Assembly (NCBI GenBank): GCA_016176785.1
Contig: JACOWN010000007.1
Span: 6,970 to 70,969 of the forward strand
Direction of reading: 5' to 3'
DNA from: Parcubacteria group bacterium
GTDB lineage: Bacteria; Patescibacteriota; Minisyncoccia; Phycocordibacterales; UBA2135
DNA: 64,000 bases
Part shown: positions 37,198-47,112 of the stretch, in pieces
Layout: the number at the start of each line of letters is the position of its first letter
Numbering within the stretch: position 1 is the first letter of the stretch
Position numbers and translations under genes: made by a program
The notes under the pieces: generated by a model
The model's database searches: none
Told to the model about the DNA's origin: nothing
Seen by the model: the letters and a program-made list of their open reading frames with translations, nothing else

Positions 37198-38265
37198 ATG
37201 CCAACACGCAAAGATTTCTACGAAATACTCGGGATCGCGCGTGACGCGACGAAAGACGGCGTTAAAAAAGCGTACCACCGTCTCGCGCGCAAATACCATC
37301 CCGACAATAAAGAAACGGGCGATGAGGCGCGTTTCAAAGAGATTAGCGAAGCGTATCATACGCTTTCTGACGATAAACGGCGCGCGGAGTATGACGCGTA
37401 CGGCAACGTTTTTGCCGGCGCGGAAGGATTTTCCGGATTCGGGCCGTTCGGTGGAGCGCAGGGCATGGAGTTTGACCTCGGCGATATTTTCGGCGAGTTT
37501 TTCGGCGGCTTGGGGGGAGGAGAACGCTCCCGCCGCATGCGGCGCGGGAGAGACATAACGATTGACGCCGAGGTTTCTTTCGCCGAAGCCGCGTTTGGCA
37601 CAGAGCGTTCATTTTTGCTCGGCAAAACAGCGCAGTGCGAGGCGTGCCGCGGCACGGGCGCGGAACCGAATACGGAATTGGCCGTGTGCGCGGCGTGCAA
37701 CGGCCAGGGCCGCGTGCACGAGACGCGCTCGTCGTTCATCGGCACCTTTTCAAGCATCCGCGAGTGCGACGCGTGCCGCGGTGAGGGCCGCGTGCCGAAA
37801 GAGACGTGCCATGTATGCCGCGGCATGGGAGTGGTTAAAAAACAAGAAGAGGTAACCATTACCATCCCCGCCGGTATCGAAGACGGCGGCGTCATCAAGA
37901 TCGGAGAAATGGGAGAAGCGGTCCAGCGCGGCGCATCGGGCGATCTCTATGTCAAAGTGCATGTTGCGCGGCATCCGATATTCCGCCGCGAAGGGCACAA
38001 TCTCATCATGACGCTTGACATTAAACTTTCCGATGCGCTCCTCGGCGCGACGTATCAGATCGGCACGCTTGATGGCGCGACGCTCAAATTGAAGATACCC
38101 GCCGGCGTTACGTTCGGAGAGATATTGCGCGTGAAGGGGAAGGGCGTGCCCATTGAGCGGGGCAAGCGCGGCGACCTCCTGGTTAAACTGAACGTAAATC
38201 TGCCGACCGCGCTTTCGCGCGCCGCGAAGGAACTTTTTGAGAAGCTCCGCAGTGAAGGTATTTAA
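37198..38265 (+). CDS. dnaJ: molecular chaperone DnaJ
   Basis: J domain (DFYEILGI....KKAYHRLARKYHPD), G/F region, four CxxCxGxG zinc repeats. Confidence 0.9.
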   Translation: MPTRKDFYEILGIARDATKDGVKKAYHRLARKYHPDNKETGDEARFKEISEAYHTLSDDKRRAEYDAYGNVFAGAEGFSGFGPFGGAQGMEFDLGDIFGEFFGGLGGGERSRRMRRGRDITIDAEVSFAEAAFGTERSFLLGKTAQCEACRGTGAEPNTELAVCAACNGQGRVHETRSSFIGTFSSIRECDACRGEGRVPKETCHVCRGMGVVKKQEEVTITIPAGIEDGGVIKIGEMGEAVQRGASGDLYVKVHVARHPIFRREGHNLIMTLDIKLSDALLGATYQIGTLDGATLKLKIPAGVTFGEILRVKGKGVPIERGKRGDLLVKLNVNLPTALSRAAKELFEKLRSEGI

Positions 38266-38327
38266 GGACGGTCCTTTTTGAGTTTATCCCCAGAAAACTG
38301 GGGATAAACTCAAAAAGGACCGTCCTT
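38264..38327. repeat. bipartite repeat locus B: 64-bp perfect palindrome (30-bp arms, 4-nt centre)
   Basis: AAGGACGGTCCTTTTTGAGTTTATCCCCAG aaaa CTGGGGATAAACTCAAAAAGGACCGTCCTT; the left arm starts inside the dnaJ stop codon. Confidence 0.7.
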
Positions 38328-38343
38328 GGTGGTCCCCCGATAA

Positions 38344-38368
38344 CCCCGCAGTTGCGGGTTTTTGTTTT
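38344..38368 (+). terminator. intrinsic terminator after dnaJ
   Basis: CCCCGC-agtt-GCGGG followed by TTTTTGTTTT. Confidence 0.6.
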
Positions 38369-38397
38369 AATGATTTTCTTTTGCTATGATGTAAGAC

Positions 38398-39375
38398 ATG
38401 GGTATCGGGAAAAAGCTCCTGCTCTCGGGCGTCAAACCGACCGGCAGGCCGCATATTGGAAATTATTTTGGCGCGATGAAGCAATTTGTGGCACTTCAGA
38501 GCGAGTACGACAGCATTTTTTTTATTGCCGATTATCACGCCCTTACGACGCTTCACGACCCCGTGAAGCTCGCCGAGTACACCCTTGGCGTCGCGCTTGA
38601 TTATCTCGCCATCGGCCTTGACCCGAAGCGGGCGCTTATCTTCAAACAGTCGGACATTCCCGCGCACACGGAACTCGCATGGATTTTTAATTGCATTACG
38701 GCGATGCCGTATCTTTTGCGCGGCCACGCCTATAAAGACGCCGAGGCAAAAAACGAAGAAGTGACCGTCGGCACGTTTGATTACCCGATGCTCATGGCGG
38801 CGGACATATTGCTCTACGACACCGACGTCGTCCCCGTGGGGCAGGACCAGAAACAGCATCTTGAGTTTGCGCGCGACACGGCGGAAAAGTTCAACCGTCT
38901 TTTCGGAGAGACGTTCAAACTTCCCGAGCCGCACATCGTTTCGGAAGTCGCCGCCGTTCCGGGGCTTGACGGACGCAAAATGTCAAAGAGTTACGACAAC
39001 ACGATCCCGCTTTTTGCGGATGATGACGAAATTGAGCGGCTTGTCATGAGCATCGTGACGGATTCAAAGGGAGAACGGGAGCCGAAAGACCCCGCGGCCG
39101 ATACTGTTTTTGCGCTCCATCGGCTGGTGAGCGCGGGGCAGTTGGATGAGCTCAAAAAACGCTACGAAGAAGGAACGATCGGCTACAAAGAGTCAAAAGA
39201 AATACTCGCCGAAAATATGAAAAAGTTCGCCGCGCCGCTTCGCGAGAAACGAAGAGAGTTGGAAGAAAAACCGGAGTATGCGAAAGACGCGCTCGCACAA
39301 GGCGCGGAGGTCGCGCGCAAAAAGTCTGAGGAGAAAATGAAAGAAGTGAGAAGGAAAGTGGGAGTTGCGCTTTAG
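38398..39375 (+). CDS. trpS: tryptophanyl-tRNA synthetase
   Basis: Class I HIGH-like (PTGRPHIGNY) and KMSKS motifs; TTGTTT-16-TATGAT promoter with the -10 lying 7 nt before the ATG. Confidence 0.9.
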   Translation: MGIGKKLLLSGVKPTGRPHIGNYFGAMKQFVALQSEYDSIFFIADYHALTTLHDPVKLAEYTLGVALDYLAIGLDPKRALIFKQSDIPAHTELAWIFNCITAMPYLLRGHAYKDAEAKNEEVTVGTFDYPMLMAADILLYDTDVVPVGQDQKQHLEFARDTAEKFNRLFGETFKLPEPHIVSEVAAVPGLDGRKMSKSYDNTIPLFADDDEIERLVMSIVTDSKGEREPKDPAADTVFALHRLVSAGQLDELKKRYEEGTIGYKESKEILAENMKKFAAPLREKRRELEEKPEYAKDALAQGAEVARKKSEEKMKEVRRKVGVAL

Positions 39376-39394
39376 AGTTTAGTATCTCACGCTC

Positions 39395-40723
39395 ATGCCC
39401 CGCATTTACATCAAAGACCTCCATTCCCATATAGGAAACGAAGCCACCGTCTCCGGCTGGGTGGACGTGCGCCGCGACCACGGAAAAATTATTTTTCTTG
39501 ATATCCGTGACCGAAGCGGCTCAATACAGGCGGTCATTGCGCCCGACGAAGGAATGCTCCTTGAAACCGTTGCGCCGATACGCCCGGAATGGGTCGTGGA
39601 GCTCACGGGCGAAGTAAAGAAACGGCCGGAGAAGATGGTGAACGAAGCGCTGCCGACCGGCGACATAGAATTGTCCGTGCGCGCCGTCCGCGTTTTGGGG
39701 GAGGCGAAGGAGTTGCCGTTTTCAAAAGACGAGTCGCTCAACTTTGACACCTATCTTGACTATCTGCCGCTCACGCTCCGCACGAAGCGCGCGCGCGCGA
39801 TCTTTACCGTACAGGCGGAGATCATCCGCGCGTTCCGCGAGTTTTACGAGCGCGAAGAGTTCGTGGAAATCCAAGCGCCCAAACTCATCGGCGAAGACGC
39901 CGAGGGGGGAGCGTCGGTCTTTGAAGTGCCGTACTTCGGCCACACGGCGCACCTCGCGCAGAGCCCGCAATTCTACAAACAGATCATGGTGGGCGTTTTT
40001 GAAAAAGTATTCATGACGGGGAACGTGTTCCGCGCCGAAAAGCATGCGACGACGCGGCATCTGAACGAATACACGAGCTTGGATGCGGAGATGGGTTTTA
40101 TTGAAGACCATCGGGACGTCATGAAAACGCTCGGGCGGATGATGCGGCATATCGCGGGGGCGCTTCGCGCGCGCGCGGCGGAAGAATTCGCATTCCTCGG
40201 CGCGGAATTCCCGCTTTTGCCGGACGATATTCCGTCGCTCAAACTCCGCGAAGCGCAGCGGGTCATCAAAGAAAAATTCGGCGAAGACGCGACGCACGAG
40301 CCGGACCTTTCGCCCCAGCACGAACGATGGCTTTCCGAATATGCGCGCGAGGAGTTCGGGTCCGACTGCCTCTTTATCACCCATTTTCCGATGGAAAAGC
40401 GGCCGATGTACACCCGCGAAGACCCCGACGACCCGGGGTATGCGCGCGGTTTTGACCTTCTCTTCCGCGGGCTTGAAGTGGTGACGGGAGGACAGCGCGT
40501 GCATGAGTATGACGCGCTGGTTGCCGCGATGCGCGCAAAAGGCCTCGACCCCGACAGGTTTTCGTTCTATCTTCAGGCATTCAAGTACGGCATGCCGCCG
40601 CACGGCGGTTTCGGCATGGGGCTTGAACGCCTGACCGCGCGATTTTTGGGCCTTGAGAACGTCAAGGAAGCGACGCTTTTCCCGCGCGAGATAAATCGTA
40701 TTGACGCTCGTTTGTCGGAGTAG
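39395..40723 (+). CDS. aspS: aspartyl-tRNA synthetase, archaeal/type-2 (possibly non-discriminating)
   Basis: 442 aa with no GAD insertion; class IIb motifs FRAEKHATTRHLNEYTSLDAEM and GGFGMGLERL. Confidence 0.8.
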   Translation: MPRIYIKDLHSHIGNEATVSGWVDVRRDHGKIIFLDIRDRSGSIQAVIAPDEGMLLETVAPIRPEWVVELTGEVKKRPEKMVNEALPTGDIELSVRAVRVLGEAKELPFSKDESLNFDTYLDYLPLTLRTKRARAIFTVQAEIIRAFREFYEREEFVEIQAPKLIGEDAEGGASVFEVPYFGHTAHLAQSPQFYKQIMVGVFEKVFMTGNVFRAEKHATTRHLNEYTSLDAEMGFIEDHRDVMKTLGRMMRHIAGALRARAAEEFAFLGAEFPLLPDDIPSLKLREAQRVIKEKFGEDATHEPDLSPQHERWLSEYAREEFGSDCLFITHFPMEKRPMYTREDPDDPGYARGFDLLFRGLEVVTGGQRVHEYDALVAAMRAKGLDPDRFSFYLQAFKYGMPPHGGFGMGLERLTARFLGLENVKEATLFPREINRIDARLSE

Positions 40724-40750
40724 GCGGCGGATAAATCGCGCAACAAGAAA

Positions 40751-40772
40751 ACGCCCCGCGGCGTTTTTTTTG
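40751..40772 (+). terminator. intrinsic terminator after aspS
   Basis: ACGCC-ccgc-GGCGT followed by TTTTTTTT. Confidence 0.5.
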
Positions 40773-40797
40773 TTTGGAAGCCAGCGGCGGACGCGAT

Positions 40798-41571
40798 ATG
40801 ATACACATAATGGACACGAATGACGCCACACCGGCAAAGGCGGGGGGATTCACCGTGAAGCTCAGCGCGTTTGAGGGGCCGCTTGACCTGCTTCTTCATT
40901 TGATAGAAGGGCGGAAACTTCACATCAGCGACGTGTCGCTTGCGCAGATCACGGACGATTACCTCGCGTATCTTGAAAAACTTGAGGAGTTCCCCCTGCG
41001 GGACGCCGCGCATTTCATTCTTGTCGCCTCAACGCTCGTGCTCATCAAGTCGCGCTCGCTCGTACCCGCCCTTACGCTTTCCGATGAGGAGGAGGCGAGC
41101 ATTGAAGACCTGGAAGCGCGCCTCAAGTTGTATCGGGAAATCAAGGCGTTGGGCAAATACGTGGAAGAACGGTTCGGCGCGGCGCAGATTTTTTTCCGCG
41201 AGGACGGCCGTCATTTTGAGCCGGTTTTTGCGCCCTCGCGCGAGATCACCGTGGCGCATCTCGCTGCAGCCGTCGCAGAAGTCATTGCGCGCCTCCCGAC
41301 CGTTGAGGCGATCCCGCAGGCGATCGTCCGCAAGGTCGTGAACCTGGAAGACATGATGTCGGACCTTGCGCGCCGCGTCGCCTCGGCGATCTCAATGAGT
41401 TTCCGCGAGTTCGCCGGCGGAGGCGGGGGAACCGACAAAGCGCGCCTCGTGGTTGGCTTCCTCGCCATGCTTGAGCTCGTCAAGCGTGGTATCATTACCG
41501 TGAAGCAGGACAGACATTTTGAAGACATTAAAATCGGCGCCGCGGCCCCCGGCGCGCCGCGGTATTTGTAA
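40798..41571 (+). CDS. scpA: segregation and condensation protein A
   Basis: ..FEGPLDLLLHLI....L.I.DVSLAQITDDYL kleisin N-domain; followed by scpB. Confidence 0.8.
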   Translation: MIHIMDTNDATPAKAGGFTVKLSAFEGPLDLLLHLIEGRKLHISDVSLAQITDDYLAYLEKLEEFPLRDAAHFILVASTLVLIKSRSLVPALTLSDEEEASIEDLEARLKLYREIKALGKYVEERFGAAQIFFREDGRHFEPVFAPSREITVAHLAAAVAEVIARLPTVEAIPQAIVRKVVNLEDMMSDLARRVASAISMSFREFAGGGGGTDKARLVVGFLAMLELVKRGIITVKQDRHFEDIKIGAAAPGAPRYL

Positions 41572-41592
41572 TTTTTTCAACAGGCGTTCTGA

Positions 41593-42225
41593 ATGTTTTA
41601 TATGGCCGTGTCATTAGAAAAACAAATTGAAGCGATCCTTTTTTTCAAATCCGAACCGATGCGCGCGGATGAGCTCGCGCGGCTTCTCGGCACAACCCCC
41701 GATGCGGTGCGTGCGGCGCTCGGCGAACTTGAAACGGCGCTTGCCGGACGCGGCATCCGCCTTCTTAGAAAAGACGACGAGGCCGCGCTTGGCACCGCAG
41801 CCGACGCTTCGCCGCTCATTGAACGCATAACCAAGGAAGAGCTTTCCCGCGATCTCGGGAAAGCGGCCGTTGAGACGCTCGCCATCGTGCTCTATCGGGG
41901 GCCGGTAACGAAAGCCGAGATTGATTATATCCGGGGTGTGAATGCCGGATTTATCGTGCGCTCGCTCCTCGTTCGCGGGCTTATTGAACGAATTTCAAAT
42001 CCGAAAGACCAACGAAGTTTTCTTTATCGGCCGACGTTTGACCTCCTCGCGCACATGGGCGCGGCGCGCGTTGAGGACATGCCGGATTACGCCGCCGCTC
42101 GCGCGCGCTTCACGGCGTTTGAAGAGTCAATGGAGCGCGAGGCGGCGCACGCGGAAGAAGAGGAGCGTATTGAAACCGCATCCGGTATCCCCCCGACCGA
42201 ACCCCCGCGCGACACACCACAATGA
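41593..42225 (+). CDS. scpB: segregation and condensation protein B
   Basis: Two winged-helix repeats (..IEAILF...P....ELA.LL.., ..ETLAIVLYRGPVTKAEIDYIRGV). Confidence 0.8.
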   Translation: MFYMAVSLEKQIEAILFFKSEPMRADELARLLGTTPDAVRAALGELETALAGRGIRLLRKDDEAALGTAADASPLIERITKEELSRDLGKAAVETLAIVLYRGPVTKAEIDYIRGVNAGFIVRSLLVRGLIERISNPKDQRSFLYRPTFDLLAHMGAARVEDMPDYAAARARFTAFEESMEREAAHAEEEERIETASGIPPTEPPRDTPQ

Positions 42226-43148
42226 ACGAACGCACCGGACAACGCATAGCGCTTCTCGCGTTCCTCGTTTTTGCTTTTTGGGCGGGGCGGTTTTTGTGGG
42301 CGCCGTCGGCTCCCTTGGAAGAAAAAAATGCGGAAATGGCGCCGCCCGACCCGTTTGCAAGCGTTTCACTTGCCGCTTCCGCGGCGGTCGTTTTTGACGT
42401 CGCGCGCGGCGTTACGCTTTTTGAGCGCAACGCGGAAGCGCAGCTGCCGCTCGCTTCGCTCGCGAAACTCATGACGGCCTACGTCGCCGCCGAAACCATT
42501 GCGCCGGATACGGAGATCGCGATGACAAAAAGCGCGGTGGAGAAAGAGGGAGATAACGGATTTCTTGTCGGGGAAAAATGGAGAAGGAATGACCTCATTG
42601 CCGCGACGCTTCTCTCTTCGTCAAACGACGGCGCCGCGGCGCTTGCGGAGGAGGGTGCGGATGGCGGAGGAGGGGGCGGCGAACTGCCGGCGGGAGACGC
42701 CAAAGAAACGTTCGTCGGCCGCATGAACGCCGCGGCGCATTCTCTCGGCCTTGCGCAGACGTTTTTTGTGAACGAAACGGGGCTTGACATCAATACCGCG
42801 ATAAGCGGCGCATACGGGTCGGCGATTGACGTCGCGAAACTCGGAAGCGCGCTTCTCGCGCGCAACCCCGAGCTTTTTGTGGCGACCGCGCGCGCCGAGG
42901 GGGCTTTCGTTTCTTCCGACGGCAAGAAACATTCGTTAAAAAACACGAACGAAATCGTTGAAACGATACCCGGCATTGTCGCGTCAAAGACCGGCTTCAC
43001 CGATCTTGCGGGCGGCAATCTCGCCGTCATTTTTGAAGCGGGTCCGATGCGCCCGGTCGCCGTCGTCGTGCTCGGCTCAACCGCCGACGCGCGTTTCGCT
43101 GATGCGGAGATGCTCGTTTGGGCAACGATACGCGCGATAGCCCGCTGA
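42222..43148 (+). CDS. serine-type D-Ala-D-Ala carboxypeptidase (S11, low-molecular-weight PBP)
   Basis: N-terminal TM/signal segment; SxxK (ASLAKLMT), SxN (SSSND), KTG (SKTGFT). Confidence 0.75.
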   Translation: MNERTGQRIALLAFLVFAFWAGRFLWAPSAPLEEKNAEMAPPDPFASVSLAASAAVVFDVARGVTLFERNAEAQLPLASLAKLMTAYVAAETIAPDTEIAMTKSAVEKEGDNGFLVGEKWRRNDLIAATLLSSSNDGAAALAEEGADGGGGGGELPAGDAKETFVGRMNAAAHSLGLAQTFFVNETGLDINTAISGAYGSAIDVAKLGSALLARNPELFVATARAEGAFVSSDGKKHSLKNTNEIVETIPGIVASKTGFTDLAGGNLAVIFEAGPMRPVAVVVLGSTADARFADAEMLVWATIRAIAR

Positions 43149-43172
43149 ATAAAGGTTCTTCGGGCATACCTA

Positions 43173-43200
43173 ACAATCACTTGACAGTGATTGTTTTTTA
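43173..43200 (+). terminator. intrinsic terminator after the DD-carboxypeptidase gene
   Basis: ACAATCAC-ttgaca-GTGATTGT followed by TTTTTT. Confidence 0.55.
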
Positions 43201-43245
43201 TGATAGTGCTGTTTAAAGATCGTTCCTTGTGGGAGATATTTCGCG

Positions 43246-43887
43246 ATGCAGAAAAAACAGCATGCCACGCCAGAGGAATCGCACGCGATTCCTCTGGGTG
43301 GAGAAGACCCGATCCAGGCTGTCCTGGTCCGGGTTGTCCTGACCGGCGAACAGTGGTTCGGCTGGATCGTCGGGCAGTCCATCCCCAGCAAGGGGGACGG
43401 AATGACGCAGGAGCAAAGGGAACTGCTCCACGTCACCGTCGCCGCGGAGCGCAATGTGCCCGACAAGCTCCTTGTGCGCGGCCGCTGGCGTCCCGAGCAT
43501 TGGGACACCGGCGAGGCGGAGGTGGCGGGGTTGCCCCACACGGGTGTCCCGTCTCTCTGGACGGGCCTCCAAGACGCGGGATACGTTCCGCGCCTGGTCG
43601 AGTGGGACAAGATGGAGGACAGCGCGGCGGGCCGGTCCCGCTACCGGTTCACCGTCGTGTTTTCCAATGATGAAGGGCACCCGGTCGCCCAATTCATGGA
43701 AAACAAAAAGGCGGTGGAAGAAGTCCGGCGCGTCATCGAAACGTGCGCCGGCTTCTGCTGGGCCTGGGACAACCGTCGGTCCCAAGTTCCGACGGTCACT
43801 GTCAACCTGGCCGGTTGCCAGATGACCGTCATGCCCAAGCACAAGATCGTCGTAAAGAGCGAGGAGCTCAAGGCGGTCCGCGCCTGA
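43246..43887 (+). CDS. hypothetical protein (GC3-rich island I)
   Basis: 213 aa, no recognisable motif; codon usage strongly GC3-biased relative to flanking housekeeping genes. Confidence 0.5.
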   Translation: MQKKQHATPEESHAIPLGGEDPIQAVLVRVVLTGEQWFGWIVGQSIPSKGDGMTQEQRELLHVTVAAERNVPDKLLVRGRWRPEHWDTGEAEVAGLPHTGVPSLWTGLQDAGYVPRLVEWDKMEDSAAGRSRYRFTVVFSNDEGHPVAQFMENKKAVEEVRRVIETCAGFCWAWDNRRSQVPTVTVNLAGCQMTVMPKHKIVVKSEELKAVRA

Positions 43888-43963
43888 GTGACCCGTACAC
43901 GCTACTCGGTTATACTTGCCGTCGGCACATGCCGGCGGCTCTTTCTTATTCTTTTTTCGTTTT

Positions 43964-45385
43964 TTATCCGTTCGTTTCCGGTTCGGAAACGGGGTCCGCT
44001 TTTGTGAACATAAACGTACCGAGTATTTTTTCAACGGCGGCGACAGAACCCGTGCCGAGGATTTCTTTGCTGTCTATTTTCGTTTGGTCAACCCACTTCG
44101 GCACTGGTATACCGCGCGTGATGTCAAAGAGGTGGGCGAGCAATGTCGTCGCGTATGCCGCCGGCGGTAATTCAAAATCAAGCACGATTATTTTACCCAA
44201 AGAACGCACGGCGTGGATTACGGCGCGTACCGTTGTGGGGATACTGTTTTTACTGTGAATCGGGTCGTAGCCAAAGATTTTTGTTGCCGCGCCGGATACG
44301 TCTCCTATGTCATCTGACGCCAGAGCATCATGATAGGTCGGAACAGTTTGGTAATCGGGATGAAGGAGGAGGGGAATAACCGGCGGCAGAGGTTTTCCGT
44401 TCTGGATAAGTGTTGACAGATGGAGATTCGCCAGGTAACTCGCGTATGAATAAACCCAAAATCTTCCCTGGGCGCGGATTGAAAGCAGGGCGCCAAAAAA
44501 GTTGCGTGGGTCGGCGGCAAGAAAACGCAGAACCTCAAGTTCTTGGCGAAAGGTGTACGGAAGATGACGAAAAATTTCCGCCATCGTACGCCAGTTGCCG
44601 AATTCGCGGCATGCCCGCGCCCGAAGCTCGCGGATGAGCGGTACGTTTTGCGCCCCGTTCTCGCAGAGCAAAACGCGTATCGTTTCATCGTAATTTTTCT
44701 GGAGGATATGTTTTCCGAGGATATGGCTTTGCAAACGAGGCGTCCCGAATCTTTGGAAGTAGTAGAAATTGTAAAAGCCGTCACGGATCGTCGCGAGATG
44801 CCGAGTGAGAGCATCGGCGGCGACTTCCGCATCGGCGCGGACAACGATCGTAAATCGGTTGCCAAAAAGTTTCCCTTTTTCATGCGTGCCCTTTCCCCAC
44901 GTCATATTTTTGAGCACAAGACCGGGGACTGAGAGCTTCGCAATGGCGTCAGGATCGGCGCGGCGAATAGAAATGGACTGGCTCGTAATCGCACCCTTGT
45001 CCTTGATGCCAGCGTAGCCGATTTGTTTTTCAGATACGCGCAGCGAGCGCGCAAGTGCAGAGACCGCCTCAAGCGTAGAGAGCCCAACCTTGATGAGGTC
45101 CCCGTAAAGGGTAGATGTCTCCTCGGGGCGCGGCGGCGTTGCATTGCCCGCAGGTTCAACGGTATGAAGAATGCCACGCGCGTCGCGTTCCTCCACGATG
45201 AAGTCCTGCGGGTAGAGATTTAAATATCCCCGTGAGAGCGTTGGAAGCGGCACCGTGATGCCGATATACGGCAGCAGTTCCGTGGGCGTCACATTATGGA
45301 TGGGGCGGACAAGGTTCGGGTACCGTGTTTCGTACTCTTTTAACAATCCTTGCTCTGCTCGATAGAGGGTTACAAGATCGTCCAT
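43964..45385 (-). CDS. truD: tRNA pseudouridine synthase TruD-like
   Basis: N-terminal ..YPQDFIVEE and catalytic-loop GYAGIKDKGAITSQ match the TruD/Pus7 signatures (PEDFxVxE, G.KDxxA); 473 aa. Confidence 0.65.
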   Translation of the reverse strand: MDDLVTLYRAEQGLLKEYETRYPNLVRPIHNVTPTELLPYIGITVPLPTLSRGYLNLYPQDFIVEERDARGILHTVEPAGNATPPRPEETSTLYGDLIKVGLSTLEAVSALARSLRVSEKQIGYAGIKDKGAITSQSISIRRADPDAIAKLSVPGLVLKNMTWGKGTHEKGKLFGNRFTIVVRADAEVAADALTRHLATIRDGFYNFYYFQRFGTPRLQSHILGKHILQKNYDETIRVLLCENGAQNVPLIRELRARACREFGNWRTMAEIFRHLPYTFRQELEVLRFLAADPRNFFGALLSIRAQGRFWVYSYASYLANLHLSTLIQNGKPLPPVIPLLLHPDYQTVPTYHDALASDDIGDVSGAATKIFGYDPIHSKNSIPTTVRAVIHAVRSLGKIIVLDFELPPAAYATTLLAHLFDITRGIPVPKWVDQTKIDSKEILGTGSVAAVEKILGTFMFTKADPVSEPETNG

Positions 45386-45562
45386 ATTTTTTACCGTACC
45401 ACCTTTTTGGTTGGATGTCTATGCTGCGGGAAACCTCTTTTATTGGTTATTTGACATTTTAATGGGCAAATGTTAATGTGTATTCGTACCTGTTTTTCTG
45501 CGCGCTGGTTTTCGTGCGGTGGAAAAACCCTGTTCTTCACAAAAAAGTGCAAAGGGATACAC

Positions 45563-46954
45563 ATGAGGCGGATGTCCGTTGGTTTTTTTGGCGGCGCTCG
45601 CAAAATAGGCGCCAGCTGTCATGCGTTTGCCTTTGAACAAAGAGGTGAACGCCACATCGTCATGGTTGACATTGGGATGGACCCGACTGTCGCATTCACG
45701 CCCCAAACGTGGCTCGAGTGCTTTCCTGACATGGAAGGCTTGGGAGCATTTCTTGACAATTCAACGACGTGCACAGTTGTCATCACGCACGCCCACTTCG
45801 ACCACGTCGGCGGGGTGCCGTACTTTATGCGGTGGGTGCGGGGTCGCTGTCCTGCTCTTTCCGTTACCTTCTTTATGACGGAAGAAACGCGTTCTCTTGC
45901 TGGCGTGACTTGGGACGAAACGGAACAGACCATGCAAAAGGGAGAAGCATGGCGAGAGGCCGAGCCCATCTATTCGGAATGTGACCGTTTTATGACAATG
46001 TCCCGCACCCGCGTGGTCAAACCGGGAGTGTATTACGAGGTGTGCCCCGGCGTGCGGCTTTTCCCGCTGCCAGCAGGTCATATTCTCGGCGCGATCGCGG
46101 TTGGTTTTGAGGCGTTTAACGAACATATCGTCCACACCGGCGACATCTCGTTCGGCGAGCAGCCGTTCATAGAGGGAGCGGCATATATGTCGCTCCCGCA
46201 TACGCGGTTCGTTGTTTCGGAAGCGACGAATCTCGGAGAGACACTGCCGCGTCGGAGTGATGCGGCAGCCGACCTTGGAAACGAGTGCCGCGAAACACTC
46301 AACCGCGGCGGCACGCTGTTGTTACCCGCCTTTCAAATTCACCGCGCGCAGGCGTTGACTGCAATGCTCGTGGCGGAAGGCATTCCTCCCGCGGCGATTC
46401 TTGTGGATGGCAACGCACAACGCGTTCACCGGATCTATCGAAAAATGCTTCCACCCAACAATATACTCACCGGAGTTCCGCTGGCGCGCGACGTTTTTCG
46501 CGGCAAGGACGCGCGTGAAACGCTATTCCTTGAGATGAAAGAAGGGAAAACCTTTCCAAGGATCGTTGTTGCATCAGGCGGCATGCTTCACGGAATTGCC
46601 CAGAAATGGGCAAAAGCGCTATTGCCGAACAAACGGAACGCGATCGTCCTGAACGGTTGGGCGTACGCCGGAAGCCCCGCGGATGTACTCCACCGCGCGG
46701 TGCTTCGTGGCGACGCATCAGTGCAACTGAACGGCGACGAGGTGCCGCTTGAAGCCGGAGTGCGGCGCATTAGGCTCTCTTCGCACGCCTCCGGTCCTGA
46801 GCTTGAAAGGTTGTGGACGGGGTTGAACCCCGATGCCATTATGTTGGTGCACGGAGACGAAAGTAAAATCGAAGATTATCTCAAGAGATACGGACCTCAC
46901 GCGCACGATGCGGGCTTCGTTGTGCCACGTCGCGGAGAGGTCTATGAATTGTAA
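45563..46954 (+). CDS. metallo-beta-lactamase-fold hydrolase (RNA-metabolising beta-CASP-like)
   Basis: VVITHAHFDHVGG (HxHxDH) motif; about 460 aa with a C-terminal domain compatible with beta-CASP; the start at 45563 or 45572 is preferred. Confidence 0.6.
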   Translation: MRRMSVGFFGGARKIGASCHAFAFEQRGERHIVMVDIGMDPTVAFTPQTWLECFPDMEGLGAFLDNSTTCTVVITHAHFDHVGGVPYFMRWVRGRCPALSVTFFMTEETRSLAGVTWDETEQTMQKGEAWREAEPIYSECDRFMTMSRTRVVKPGVYYEVCPGVRLFPLPAGHILGAIAVGFEAFNEHIVHTGDISFGEQPFIEGAAYMSLPHTRFVVSEATNLGETLPRRSDAAADLGNECRETLNRGGTLLLPAFQIHRAQALTAMLVAEGIPPAAILVDGNAQRVHRIYRKMLPPNNILTGVPLARDVFRGKDARETLFLEMKEGKTFPRIVVASGGMLHGIAQKWAKALLPNKRNAIVLNGWAYAGSPADVLHRAVLRGDASVQLNGDEVPLEAGVRRIRLSSHASGPELERLWTGLNPDAIMLVHGDESKIEDYLKRYGPHAHDAGFVVPRRGEVYEL

Positions 46955-46968
46955 TGCCCCGTGCCCGC

Positions 46969-47008
46969 AATCCCTGTCAAGGCGCCGCCTTGACAGGGAT
47001 TTTGTATT
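46969..47008 (+). terminator. intrinsic terminator (14-bp stem) after the MBL hydrolase gene
   Basis: AATCCCTGTCAAGG-cgccg-CCTTGACAGGGATT followed by TTGTATT. Confidence 0.55.
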
Positions 47009-47112
47009 AGTGTAGAATTCCACCAGATCAGGTAGATCATTTCAATGGCAAGAGGCCAAAGACGCGCGTAACATCGTTGCGAGAAGGGACACCTCTCTTT
47101 TCGCAGTCAGCC

